DNA of 64,000 nt from an uncultured Planctomycetaceae bacterium (GTDB taxonomy: Bacteria; Planctomycetota; Planctomycetia; Pirellulales; Lacipirellulaceae): positions 57,101 through 121,100 of the forward strand of contig CAZTWS010000003.1 in the NCBI GenBank assembly GCA_964618225.1, read 5' to 3'. The translations under genes and the position numbers were made by a program. The notes under the pieces were generated by a model. It made no database searches. It had not been told where the DNA came from and saw nothing but the letters and a program-made list of their open reading frames with translations. Positions 1 to 12,800 of the stretch are shown piece after piece. The stretch's first letter is position 1; the number at the start of each line of letters is the position of its first letter.

Positions 1-843
1 CCCATGAATGCACTAGAGTTGTAGCTTGATGCGTGGTTACTTGGCCGTGTTCGATCAAGCTCATCGAATCGATCGGCTGATGGTACTTATTGGACCTAGC
101 ATCATTCGGAACTACCACTATGCATACTTGATCATTTTTACTACACATACGCTGCAAAACATTAGCCGGATGAGCACAGTCCAATTTCGCCCAATATGCT
201 GTATGACGGGTGTGCAAGCGTGGGAGATGATTGGGGCTGCTGGTATCGTCTCGTGCATGGAGGAATGAGATCAGGAAGGCCGCTGTAATCGCAATGTATT
301 GTTGAGACCCTCTTTATCAAACACCACGGCCATGACTGTCGGAACTGGTCAGGAGTGCTGGATTCTCCTCGCTTTGCACAACTGGCAAGCCAGCCTCGTA
401 TCGAGTATTCTCTTCCCCTGCCAGAGGATGAGAAGCTCGAAGGGAATCTGCCAAACGTGGTGCATTAGGAACTGATGTCTACCAACCGCACCATACTGAA
501 CACCAGACGATAGAAGTTCCAACGAGCCTGAGGGGAATTGCCGAAGCCTGTTCTGCGGTGCTGTTCAGGCAAGAATTTGAGTGCTTCTTCATTAGACAAT
601 TCGATACCGTTCGAACCAGTTATACGCTTTCTAATGTGAAGAATCATCGTCTTCTTGTGGGCCGGTTGGCTGGCACGTCGAGCATTTGAGCGGTCGATGC
701 AATCGCCTCAGAATTGTGACCACAACGCAATTACTGAAAACAAAACAAGTTACGCACAACAATGCCATTAAGGTTTAACGCTCGTCTTTTTCCGCGGGCG
801 CGCACAATACCTTGGTTACATTGTCTTGGTTTTCTCTACGATA

Positions 844-3800
844 GCTTCAATGTGGCCGCGACTGATCTGCCGCGGAAAGCAACAAATGAAAGGGCTGCCA
901 ACATGCTGCGTCTGCTTCAATGTGGCCGCGACTGATCTGCCGCGGAAAGACTAAGGAATCTATAATAAATGAATTAAATATAGAAGCTTCAATGTGGCCG
1001 CGACTGATCTGCCGCGGAAAGACTCGTGGCCGCGTTACTGCTATTAGGGAGCTTACCGCTTCAATGTGGCCGCGACTGATCTGCCGCGGAAAGCCTCTTA
1101 CGGGCAGCGACTGCCCACCTGCAGGGACGCTTCAATGTGGCCGCGACTGATCTGCCGCGGAAAGCAGTTCGTCAACGAGCAGGGGGCCACGCTGCCGCTG
1201 GCTTCAATGTGGCCGCGACTGATCTGCCGCGGAAAGCTGCGCAGGTGCCGGTTGAGTGTTGCGGAACAGGCGGCTTCAATGTGGCCGCGACTGATCTGCC
1301 GCGGAAAGTGCCCCGTGATGCGAGCAAATTACATGGCGGGGAGGCTTCAATGTGGCCGCGACTGATCTGCCGCGGAAAGAGCCCACCGCCTACGTGGTTC
1401 TGAACCACGATTTCGCCCTTCAATGTGGCCGCGACTGATCTGCCGCGGAAAGCATAAACAATTTCCAGATGTGTGGCGATGGTTAGACCCTTCAATGTGG
1501 CCGCGACTGATCTGCCGCGGAAAGCCGACGTTCCGCTTCCTGCTCTTTGCGCTGCTGCTCCCTTCAATGTGGCCGCGACTGATCTGCCGCGGAAAGAAAA
1601 TTATGGAAGCAATCTGTACATACTTCACCTCCCTTCAATGTGGCCGCGACTGATCTGCCGCGGAAAGAGAGATTCGCTGATCGACCACGAGCTAGAGCAC
1701 CTTCCTTCAATGTGGCCGCGACTGATCTGCCGCGGAAAGACCGGATTTGGTTTACTCCACGCTGCTCGCGAATCCCCTTCAATGTGGCCGCGACTGATCT
1801 GCCGCGGAAAGTTGCGGAGCATTTAATCGGTAGTGCAAGTCCTGATGCCTTCAATGTGGCCGCGACTGATCTGCCGCGGAAAGACTTCCACCACCAGAAT
1901 TACCGGAAGAGGAAGAGGAGCCTTCAATGTGGCCGCGACTGATCTGCCGCGGAAAGGTCGAGATCATTCGTCAGGCGCAGTCGAATACAATCGCCTTCAA
2001 TGTGGCCGCGACTGATCTGCCGCGGAAAGCGATGCGATTATGGAAGCCCTAGGCATGACCTCTCCGCCTTCAATGTGGCCGCGACTGATCTGCCGCGGAA
2101 AGCCGGTAATGGCGTGGATGATTGGCAATACATCGGTCCTTCAATGTGGCCGCGACTGATCTGCCGCGGAAAGAACACATCAAGCACCTGCGGCAAGAAG
2201 AAGAGCGGACCTTCAATGTGGCCGCGACTGATCTGCCGCGGAAAGAAGTACAACGGCAGAACATCTAAAACAATCCGAGACACCTTCAATGTGGCCGCGA
2301 CTGATCTGCCGCGGAAAGTGCCGGTGGATACTTGGTTCCAACGCCGCTGGCTCCCTTCAATGTGGCCGCGACTGATCTGCCGCGGAAAGCTAACCCTGCC
2401 CGCTTTCCCAGTTTGGAAAACACCCCTCCTTCAATGTGGCCGCGACTGATCTGCCGCGGAAAGGAAATCGACGCTCTGCGTGCGGAGTTGGCCGAAGTGC
2501 CTTCAATGTGGCCGCGACTGATCTGCCGCGGAAAGCGTGGTAACAAATGTACGCCAGCGAAGAACGACGACCTTCAATGTGGCCGCGACTGATCTGCCGC
2601 GGAAAGGTGCGTTCGGCGGATAGCACCCTTACCACAGAAAGGCCTTCAATGTGGCCGCGACTGATCTGCCGCGGAAAGCATATTTGAACATCGGGTGGCG
2701 TTTCTCACCAAAGCCCTTCAATGTGGCCGCGACTGATCTGCCGCGGAAAGAGTAACTGCTAGGCAAGCAAAGAAGCTTAATATCGCTCCTTCAATGTGGC
2801 CGCGACTGATCTGCCGCGGAAAGCAAAATCGGCGGGGGGCTGGTTAGCCTCGGGGCATGCCTTCAATGTGGCCGCGACTGATCTGCCGCGGAAAGCCATT
2901 CCACTCCTTCTATACGTTCAGGCTTGTCGACCTTCAATGTGGCCGCGACTGATCTGCCGCGGAAAGCTGTGCCGCGTGCCGGCGTGGTGGAAGCAAGGGC
3001 CCCTTCAATGTGGCCGCGACTGATCTGCCGCGGAAAGGACGCTAAGCAGTATGGGCTCGACTTTGAGAGCGCCTCTTCAATGTGGCCGCGACTGATCTGC
3101 CGCGGAAAGGTTTTACGGTATAGCGCATCGCCAACCAATGGCATTTCTTCAATGTGGCCGCGACTGATCTGCCGCGGAAAGGTGAAGTCCTCGGACAGAA
3201 ACGAGAACGGCAAATCTCTTCAATGTGGCCGCGACTGATCTGCCGCGGAAAGATAGCCGCAAGAGCCTGCACTACATCTATACTCTGCTCTTCAATGTGG
3301 CCGCGACTGATCTGCCGCGGAAAGGACGCTGGACAGGCCCGATGGCCCCTCACCAGCAGGTCTTCAATGTGGCCGCGACTGATCTGCCGCGGAAAGGCCA
3401 AAGGTGAAGGAAGTCTGCTTTGGTGGAGTGATTCTTCAATGTGGCCGCGACTGATCTGCCGCGGAAAGACGAAGTCGCGAGCTGAACTGCGGCGCGCCAG
3501 CCGTCTTCAATGTGGCCGCGACTGATCTGCCGCGGAAAGGCCTTCGGCATTATAAGCATCGGGCGGAGAAAAGGTTGGTCTTCAATGTGGCCGCGACTGA
3601 TCTGCCGCGGAAAGCGTAGTTGATGGCCTACTCATTGCGTTAGCGGACCGGTCTTCAATGTGGCCGCGACTGATCTGCCGCGGAAAGATTCTTCGATTGT
3701 CCCCCGTATCTCCGCGCTCGCGAGTCTTCAATGTGGCCGCGACTGATCTGCCGCGGAAAGATTCGCGAAATGCGGTATCTACGCGAGAAATTCATGTCTT

Positions 3801-6800
3801 CAATGTGGCCGCGACTGATCTGCCGCGGAAAGCGAACTCAACTGTGAACCTATCGAGATTCAAAGCGTCTCTTCAATGTGGCCGCGACTGATCTGCCGCG
3901 GAAAGTGCTGCCCGTTTTCGCAAACGATTGCACTTCCGTGTCTTCAATGTGGCCGCGACTGATCTGCCGCGGAAAGCGTAGTTGATGGCCTACTCATTGC
4001 GTTAGCGGACCGGTCTTCAATGTGGCCGCGACTGATCTGCCGCGGAAAGCTGTGGTTCTCCTTTCAAGGGTTATGCAGGGAATCGCGCGGTCTTCAATGT
4101 GGCCGCGACTGATCTGCCGCGGAAAGGCATCCGTCACACTCAGAGGCTTCAACAAACGTATCGTCTTCAATGTGGCCGCGACTGATCTGCCGCGGAAAGG
4201 TAAGCCTCGGAAATGAACTTTCTCCAAGAATCTAGTTTCTTCAATGTGGCCGCGACTGATCTGCCGCGGAAAGGTCGGCGCGAGCAAGGATGCCGACACG
4301 ATCTTCAGTCTTCAATGTGGCCGCGACTGATCTGCCGCGGAAAGATGTACAAGGTGTGGTGGAGGTCAACACGCTATCGTCTTCAATGTGGCCGCGACTG
4401 ATCTGCCGCGGAAAGGTTCCGTAGTCGTATCCTGAGTCCTGGAGTTGAAATCGTCTTCAATGTGGCCGCGACTGATCTGCCGCGGAAAGTTATCGATGAA
4501 GAATGCGAAGCTATCAACCAGTTCGTCTTCAATGTGGCCGCGACTGATCTGCCGCGGAAAGGTAAAGTGGTACCGGCAATCCAAGCCTACGTTGACGATC
4601 TTCAATGTGGCCGCGACTGATCTGCCGCGGAAAGGTTTCTAAAAATGTCCAACATCTACCCGTTCTCCCTTCTTCAATGTGGCCGCGACTGATCTGCCGC
4701 GGAAAGCTCGCCGAGCTGCGTAGCATTGCCCACGTGCAAACCTCTTCAATGTGGCCGCGACTGATCTGCCGCGGAAAGCTGGAACAACAATGTCTGTCTT
4801 ATCTTCTAAAGATGATCTTCAATGTGGCCGCGACTGATCTGCCGCGGAAAGGCAAAACTCCGGGACAAAGTGGAAGATTTAGAAGATCTTCAATGTGGCC
4901 GCGACTGATCTGCCGCGGAAAGCCGTCCAGGTACGTCACGGGCCAGCGATCTGCGAAGTTCTTCAATGTGGCCGCGACTGATCTGCCGCGGAAAGTGCGC
5001 CCATCCACCGGCTTGCCCAGAATCCCCTAACTCTTCAATGTGGCCGCGACTGATCTGCCGCGGAAAGTGCCAAACGCGGTTGAATGGCGTCAACGAACTA
5101 CTGGTCTTCAATGTGGCCGCGACTGATCTGCCGCGGAAAGCGACCAAGCCGGTTTGAGACGACACGGCACGCTTAGTCTTCAATGTGGCCGCGACTGATC
5201 TGCCGCGGAAAGTGTTAACCCTTGCGTGCCCAGGGGGTTGCGTAGCAACTCTTCAATGTGGCCGCGACTGATCTGCCGCGGAAAGAACTGTAACCGACTG
5301 GGGCCCATCCTATTCCCCATTTCTTCAATGTGGCCGCGACTGATCTGCCGCGGAAAGTGCGGTCCAATAGCTGTGTGTCGCATGCCGTCGCTGTCTTCAA
5401 TGTGGCCGCGACTGATCTGCCGCGGAAAGCTGGCCAATTACTAATCGCTTGAATCCCATGTTAACGTCTTCAATGTGGCCGCGACTGATCTGCCGCGGAA
5501 AGCCCGCCAACTGAACCGGAGCGGCCTGTGTTTTCGCGTCTTCAATGTGGCCGCGACTGATCTGCCGCGGAAAGCAAATTGACGCAAGAGCAGGCTCGCC
5601 GGGAAGTTGTGTCTTCAATGTGGCCGCGACTGATCTGCCGCGGAAAGGGATAAAACGGCAGCAACAACGCTTTGCGGCTTACAGTCTTCAATGTGGCCGC
5701 GACTGATCTGCCGCGGAAAGGCTGAACTATCGGGAATCTACACGCTCGAAGAAATGTCTTCAATGTGGCCGCGACTGATCTGCCGCGGAAAGGATGGACT
5801 TGCTTTCGTCGAACACTCGACTGTTGGTCTTCAATGTGGCCGCGACTGATCTGCCGCGGAAAGATCCCCAGCATCATGGACGGCGGAGCCAATGCCGTCT
5901 CTTCAATGTGGCCGCGACTGATCTGCCGCGGAAAGCCCGTGATCACTTCCAAGTGAAACGGGCGGACGTAAGTCTTCAATGTGGCCGCGACTGATCTGCC
6001 GCGGAAAGGTCGAGCAGCCACACGAACGCCATCACCCCGACGACTGTCTTCAATGTGGCCGCGACTGATCTGCCGCGGAAAGGGCCGTGGCGATGGAAAG
6101 TATCAACTTCCATCGCCAGTCTTCAATGTGGCCGCGACTGATCTGCCGCGGAAAGGGTGCGAGCGAGGAGGAACTGCGGCACTTACTTGAGTCTTCAATG
6201 TGGCCGCGACTGATCTGCCGCGGAAAGAACGGTTGGCCAACTATCGCTATCGATCTCGTCGAATCTTCAATGTGGCCGCGACTGATCTGCCGCGGAAAGG
6301 GCGCAATGGTTTGGTGAGGCTTACTGGAACAAAGTTTCTTCAATGTGGCCGCGACTGATCTGCCGCGGAAAGCGCCAAACAGATCGGCATAAAGTTCCTT
6401 AACTACATTCTTCAATGTGGCCGCGACTGATCTGCCGCGGAAAGGTGTTGGCACCGAAAGGTGGCGGCGGAAGTGACCGTCTTCAATGTGGCCGCGACTG
6501 ATCTGCCGCGGAAAGCTTGTTTCACTAATATTTTTTGCAAATCTTCTTGAATCTTCAATGTGGCCGCGACTGATCTGCCGCGGAAAGAAAAAAGATAGTC
6601 TGGATTTTAATTCCCCCATCTGTCTTCAATGTGGCCGCGACTGATCTGCCGCGGAAAGGATCGTGCTGGCGACCCTTATTTCTTCATGGGTCTCGTCTTC
6701 AATGTGGCCGCGACTGATCTGCCGCGGAAAGGCAGATGCTCAACCCCCACCAGTTTCGCCGCCATCGTCTTCAATGTGGCCGCGACTGATCTGCCGCGGA

Positions 6801-9800
6801 AAGGATTGCCTTCCGTATCGAATTGAACATGCGGACTGTTTCTTCAATGTGGCCGCGACTGATCTGCCGCGGAAAGGCTACGGACTCAACAGCAAGTTGC
6901 GGAAGTGTTTGGGTCTTCAATGTGGCCGCGACTGATCTGCCGCGGAAAGCATCCTGATGTCGAAAAAGCCGCTGTTGTTATCGGGTCTTCAATGTGGCCG
7001 CGACTGATCTGCCGCGGAAAGCTGTGGTCCGTGGGAAGCGGTACCATTCCTATCCCCTCTTCAATGTGGCCGCGACTGATCTGCCGCGGAAAGCTCAGAA
7101 TGAAGGCGACGAATGATATAAGAAGAGAGTCTTCAATGTGGCCGCGACTGATCTGCCGCGGAAAGCTTTCATTGATGACCCTGAGGCCCTGAAGGGCTTC
7201 ATCTTCAATGTGGCCGCGACTGATCTGCCGCGGAAAGATCGCTTTGATGCTGGAGGGGATCATTGCTAAGTGCGTCTTCAATGTGGCCGCGACTGATCTG
7301 CCGCGGAAAGGCCGCACTTCGCCGCGCGTCTGCGATTGAGGCTGCTTCTTCAATGTGGCCGCGACTGATCTGCCGCGGAAAGGCCGACGATCCGCCATGT
7401 GCCACTTGCCGCGGAACTTTCTTCAATGTGGCCGCGACTGATCTGCCGCGGAAAGGCATCGAGCGAAGGTGCTCAACTCCCACTAGCTTCGTCTTCAATG
7501 TGGCCGCGACTGATCTGCCGCGGAAAGTGTGTCGGTAGATGGCCGTGTGCGGACCAGTAGCATCTTCAATGTGGCCGCGACTGATCTGCCGCGGAAAGAC
7601 TGCGTGGTACCCACGATGGAATGTGCGGACATCTCTTCAATGTGGCCGCGACTGATCTGCCGCGGAAAGGAGCTGTAGTCCCGGATGTCACAGGACTCAT
7701 GGATTCTTCAATGTGGCCGCGACTGATCTGCCGCGGAAAGCGCCCTGGAATTCTCGCTGGAATGGCCCCGCCGCGCTCTTCAATGTGGCCGCGACTGATC
7801 TGCCGCGGAAAGCACTGCCAATGGGTAGAGCGTTGGCGAGAGCGGTCAAACTTCAATGTGGCCGCGACTGATCTGCCGCGGAAAGAAACATATGAAAAAC
7901 ACGAAGGTTCTCCGGGTTTAACACTTCAATGTGGCCGCGACTGATCTGCCGCGGAAAGATTCGCTCGCTGGGATTCGATCCAGCCAATCCAATTACTTCA
8001 ATGTGGCCGCGACTGATCTGCCGCGGAAAGAAGCCGCTAAGCGCCAAGACCGCGAACTCAACGAAACTTCAATGTGGCCGCGACTGATCTGCCGCGGAAA
8101 GCACCCGGACCTCCGTTGTACATAGCAATGTCACGATTACTTCAATGTGGCCGCGACTGATCTGCCGCGGAAAGGCAGACTGCGAAGTAATTGCCTCCGA
8201 GTGTTCCCAACTTCAATGTGGCCGCGACTGATCTGCCGCGGAAAGATGGTTTTCATAGTTAAAAAACAGTGCGGCGATTAGACTTCAATGTGGCCGCGAC
8301 TGATCTGCCGCGGAAAGGGTAAGAGAGTTGCGCCGCCGTCCGCGTGTGGAATGACTTCAATGTGGCCGCGACTGATCTGCCGCGGAAAGATCCGCGCCGT
8401 GTCACGGTCCGAGCTACGCACGCTCACTTCAATGTGGCCGCGACTGATCTGCCGCGGAAAGGCGCGGCCCTCGTAGCATGTTCCGCCCGTGAGACACACT
8501 TCAATGTGGCCGCGACTGATCTGCCGCGGAAAGGCGATATGCGGCCAACATGGGTCACGATCAATGCCAAACTTCAATGTGGCCGCGACTGATCTGCCGC
8601 GGAAAGCGCAGTGCAGACACAGCTTAACGTCGGTGCGGTCGAACTTCAATGTGGCCGCGACTGATCTGCCGCGGAAAGCGCCACCCCGATAAGCTGCTGC
8701 TTTCGGATTTGATCGTACTTCAATGTGGCCGCGACTGATCTGCCGCGGAAAGCTACCAGAACGACAAAGGCGAAGCATTGATTTCAATACTTCAATGTGG
8801 CCGCGACTGATCTGCCGCGGAAAGGCCCCGACATCGCTTATTCGTTGCTCCTGGAGGGGCCACTTCAATGTGGCCGCGACTGATCTGCCGCGGAAAGCTA
8901 CACCATCGACTTCCTCACGCATTTGCACATGTTACTACTTCAATGTGGCCGCGACTGATCTGCCGCGGAAAGAATTACGTGGCTTTCCGTGGATCGCTGT
9001 AGCGTTGCACTTCAATGTGGCCGCGACTGATCTGCCGCGGAAAGAAGACTCGGCGCAGAACACCAAGAAAGCGTTATTGACTTCAATGTGGCCGCGACTG
9101 ATCTGCCGCGGAAAGTATTCCACCGTGACTCCCGCAGGATCAATCCCCGGTGACTTCAATGTGGCCGCGACTGATCTGCCGCGGAAAGGTAATAGCGGCG
9201 TGGTGTTTGTGCGCGTGTCTGAAAACTTCAATGTGGCCGCGACTGATCTGCCGCGGAAAGGTTATGAGCCTCGCCGAGATGTTTGTTGACGACCGTACTT
9301 CAATGTGGCCGCGACTGATCTGCCGCGGAAAGACCTCCCGTTTGTGCGGTGGAAGATCAAGCCGCCAACACTTCAATGTGGCCGCGACTGATCTGCCGCG
9401 GAAAGGGAATGATTTGTGTTGCCATTGGTTATTCAAACAGAGCACTTCAATGTGGCCGCGACTGATCTGCCGCGGAAAGGTGATAGCAGCCGCAACACCA
9501 GACGCGACGACTAAGACTTCAATGTGGCCGCGACTGATCTGCCGCGGAAAGTGATACTTGCCATCAATTACCGCGTCTCTGAATTGACTTCAATGTGGCC
9601 GCGACTGATCTGCCGCGGAAAGCCGGGAACGCGTTGCCACCAGCCATTACGCAATGCGACTTCAATGTGGCCGCGACTGATCTGCCGCGGAAAGACCTCG
9701 TCGGTATGCGGATGCGTTTTCTACCCGCTCACTTCAATGTGGCCGCGACTGATCTGCCGCGGAAAGGGTTCGAGGACCACGTCAGCGATTTGCTGATCTT

Positions 9801-12800
9801 CACTTCAATGTGGCCGCGACTGATCTGCCGCGGAAAGGCGCTCAGCCAAATAGGCTGCTTGGCGGTCGTCAACACTTCAATGTGGCCGCGACTGATCTGC
9901 CGCGGAAAGAAGCCCTACAAAAGTTCGCTGCAACCGGCGAAGTGACTTCAATGTGGCCGCGACTGATCTGCCGCGGAAAGGCGCCGATCCCGACTCGCTA
10001 CCCAAAGTCAAAGAGTTACTTCAATGTGGCCGCGACTGATCTGCCGCGGAAAGGTGGTGTGCAACAAATGCTGCACCGCATGGTTATTACTTCAATGTGG
10101 CCGCGACTGATCTGCCGCGGAAAGGCGCTCTTGCACCCACAGTTTCCAGTAGTCCGCGTCACTTCAATGTGGCCGCGACTGATCTGCCGCGGAAAGCTCC
10201 TCCGGATACGCCATCCCCGTTGCCGTCCGACCCACTTCAATGTGGCCGCGACTGATCTGCCGCGGAAAGCCTGGTCGACCCATTGGCCATGCCCCAATGC
10301 AGGCCCGACTTCAATGTGGCCGCGACTGATCTGCCGCGGAAAGCGCAATGGTTTGGTGAGGCTTACTGGAACAAAGTTGAACTTCAATGTGGCCGCGACT
10401 GATCTGCCGCGGAAAGCGCCCGGTGAACCAGGAGGGGGAGCCGGGCGTTTGGACTTCAATGTGGCCGCGACTGATCTGCCGCGGAAAGCAAGGTAGCCCC
10501 AAACGGGTCCACGTGTCCAGGACACTTCAATGTGGCCGCGACTGATCTGCCGCGGAAAGCTGCCAGGTGGTGAGGCTGCCCTTGCTGCCGAAAAAACTTC
10601 AATGTGGCCGCGACTGATCTGCCGCGGAAAGAAATTACGGCAACCACACTGGCTACCAACAGGTGTTACTTCAATGTGGCCGCGACTGATCTGCCGCGGA
10701 AAGCCTTTTATTTACAAAAGGATTTATATGACCAGCAAACTTCAATGTGGCCGCGACTGATCTGCCGCGGAAAGTCAAACCAACGGTTGAAGAAGTCACC
10801 GCCTACTGCACCACTTCAATGTGGCCGCGACTGATCTGCCGCGGAAAGGATGCGCCACCACGCAGGGGGGGTGGTTTTTTTCCAAGCACTTCAATGTGGC
10901 CGCGACTGATCTGCCGCGGAAAGCCACCCCCATATCGCAATGGGCCGTGGGGTAGTGCTACTTCAATGTGGCCGCGACTGATCTGCCGCGGAAAGACGTG
11001 CCATCTACGGCATCCCGATTAAAACCGACTTTGACTTCAATGTGGCCGCGACTGATCTGCCGCGGAAAGGCTGCGGGCGGTATCCGGGTGCGACGCCAGG
11101 CCATTACTTCAATGTGGCCGCGACTGATCTGCCGCGGAAAGAGGGCCTGCCGTTCACCTTCTGGGTTGTTCGTGCTGACTTCAATGTGGCCGCGACTGAT
11201 CTGCCGCGGAAAGAGGCGTTGTTTCCTTAACATCGACATTGCTAGCTCCTAACTTCAATGTGGCCGCGACTGATCTGCCGCGGAAAGTGGGTGGAGTCTT
11301 CGAGAACGGCACCTTTACTGAAGACTTCAATGTGGCCGCGACTGATCTGCCGCGGAAAGGAAAATCATTCGCACAATTTATGCTTGACGCAAAAAAGACT
11401 TCAATGTGGCCGCGACTGATCTGCCGCGGAAAGCGATTTATGATACGGGTTTAAATTGCTGGGATCATCACTTCAATGTGGCCGCGACTGATCTGCCGCG
11501 GAAAGAGCTCATAAACACCTCCTCCACTCTATATAACAATACTTCAATGTGGCCGCGACTGATCTGCCGCGGAAAGTCGTGTCATGGTGAGCGATCCCCG
11601 ACCAATCGAGCACTTCAATGTGGCCGCGACTGATCTGCCGCGGAAAGCCAGCACTGCTGATCCATGGAGAATTAGTTCCGATAAACTTCAATGTGGCCGC
11701 GACTGATCTGCCGCGGAAAGCTTCATTGCTCCATGGCAAGACACCGCCCTCAGCGTACTTCAATGTGGCCGCGACTGATCTGCCGCGGAAAGTTCCATCT
11801 CCTCTCGGCGCTCGACTGCAGCACCTGACTTCAATGTGGCCGCGACTGATCTGCCGCGGAAAGGTAGGTTTGCGACAGATTCAACGCGCGGCTAAGCTCT
11901 ACTTCAATGTGGCCGCGACTGATCTGCCGCGGAAAGACTTCTAGCGTCCACTGTGTACGGACATTTTTAGGGCACTTCAATGTGGCCGCGACTGATCTGC
12001 CGCGGAAAGTTGCCGATGCCGTGTCATTGGACGATGCCAGAGATACTTCAATGTGGCCGCGACTGATCTGCCGCGGAAAGGGTTAGACACCCTCGACTCA
12101 GTTGTTATTGTGACTACTTCAATGTGGCCGCGACTGATCTGCCGCGGAAAGGCCGCCTCCCACGAGCAGTAGAACCGTCACCGAAAGACTTCAATGTGGC
12201 CGCGACTGATCTGCCGCGGAAAGCAATTGGGCAATGGTGGTAGCTCATGTTCATCACTTTCACTTCAATGTGGCCGCGACTGATCTGCCGCGGAAAGGTG
12301 GCCTCAGTCGGGTGGCCGTCGATTTGTCAGCAAACTTCAATGTGGCCGCGACTGATCTGCCGCGGAAAGGCACATGCCTTGAGATGCGCTAAGTTGCGAG
12401 TGTCGACTTCAATGTGGCCGCGACTGATCTGCCGCGGAAAGCCAGAGAAGTAAAGCAAACCCAAGTCACCCTTGCGACTTCAATGTGGCCGCGACTGATC
12501 TGCCGCGGAAAGGTCGTAGCCGCAGTGAATCACCTCGAACCTGTCCAGACTTCAATGTGGCCGCGACTGATCTGCCGCGGAAAGGGCCAAGGCAGCTTGA
12601 GTTCTTTCGATGGCCATGATTCACTTCAATGTGGCCGCGACTGATCTGCCGCGGAAAGGGAAGCTGATCATTGGCGGTGACAAAGCGGACAAACTTCAAT
12701 GTGGCCGCGACTGATCTGCCGCGGAAAGTCCTCGGACCTGATATGACCCATCATGGAAAGGTAACTTCAATGTGGCCGCGACTGATCTGCCGCGGAAAGG

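Noticed and set aside
10848-10887. Spacers containing terminator-like hairpins, such as spacer 139 (CCACCACGCAGGGGGGGTGGTTTTTTT) and spacer 133
   Set aside because: This is a curiosity only. It is consistent with protospacers taken from gene ends of mobile elements, and no functional inference can be drawn without the targets.
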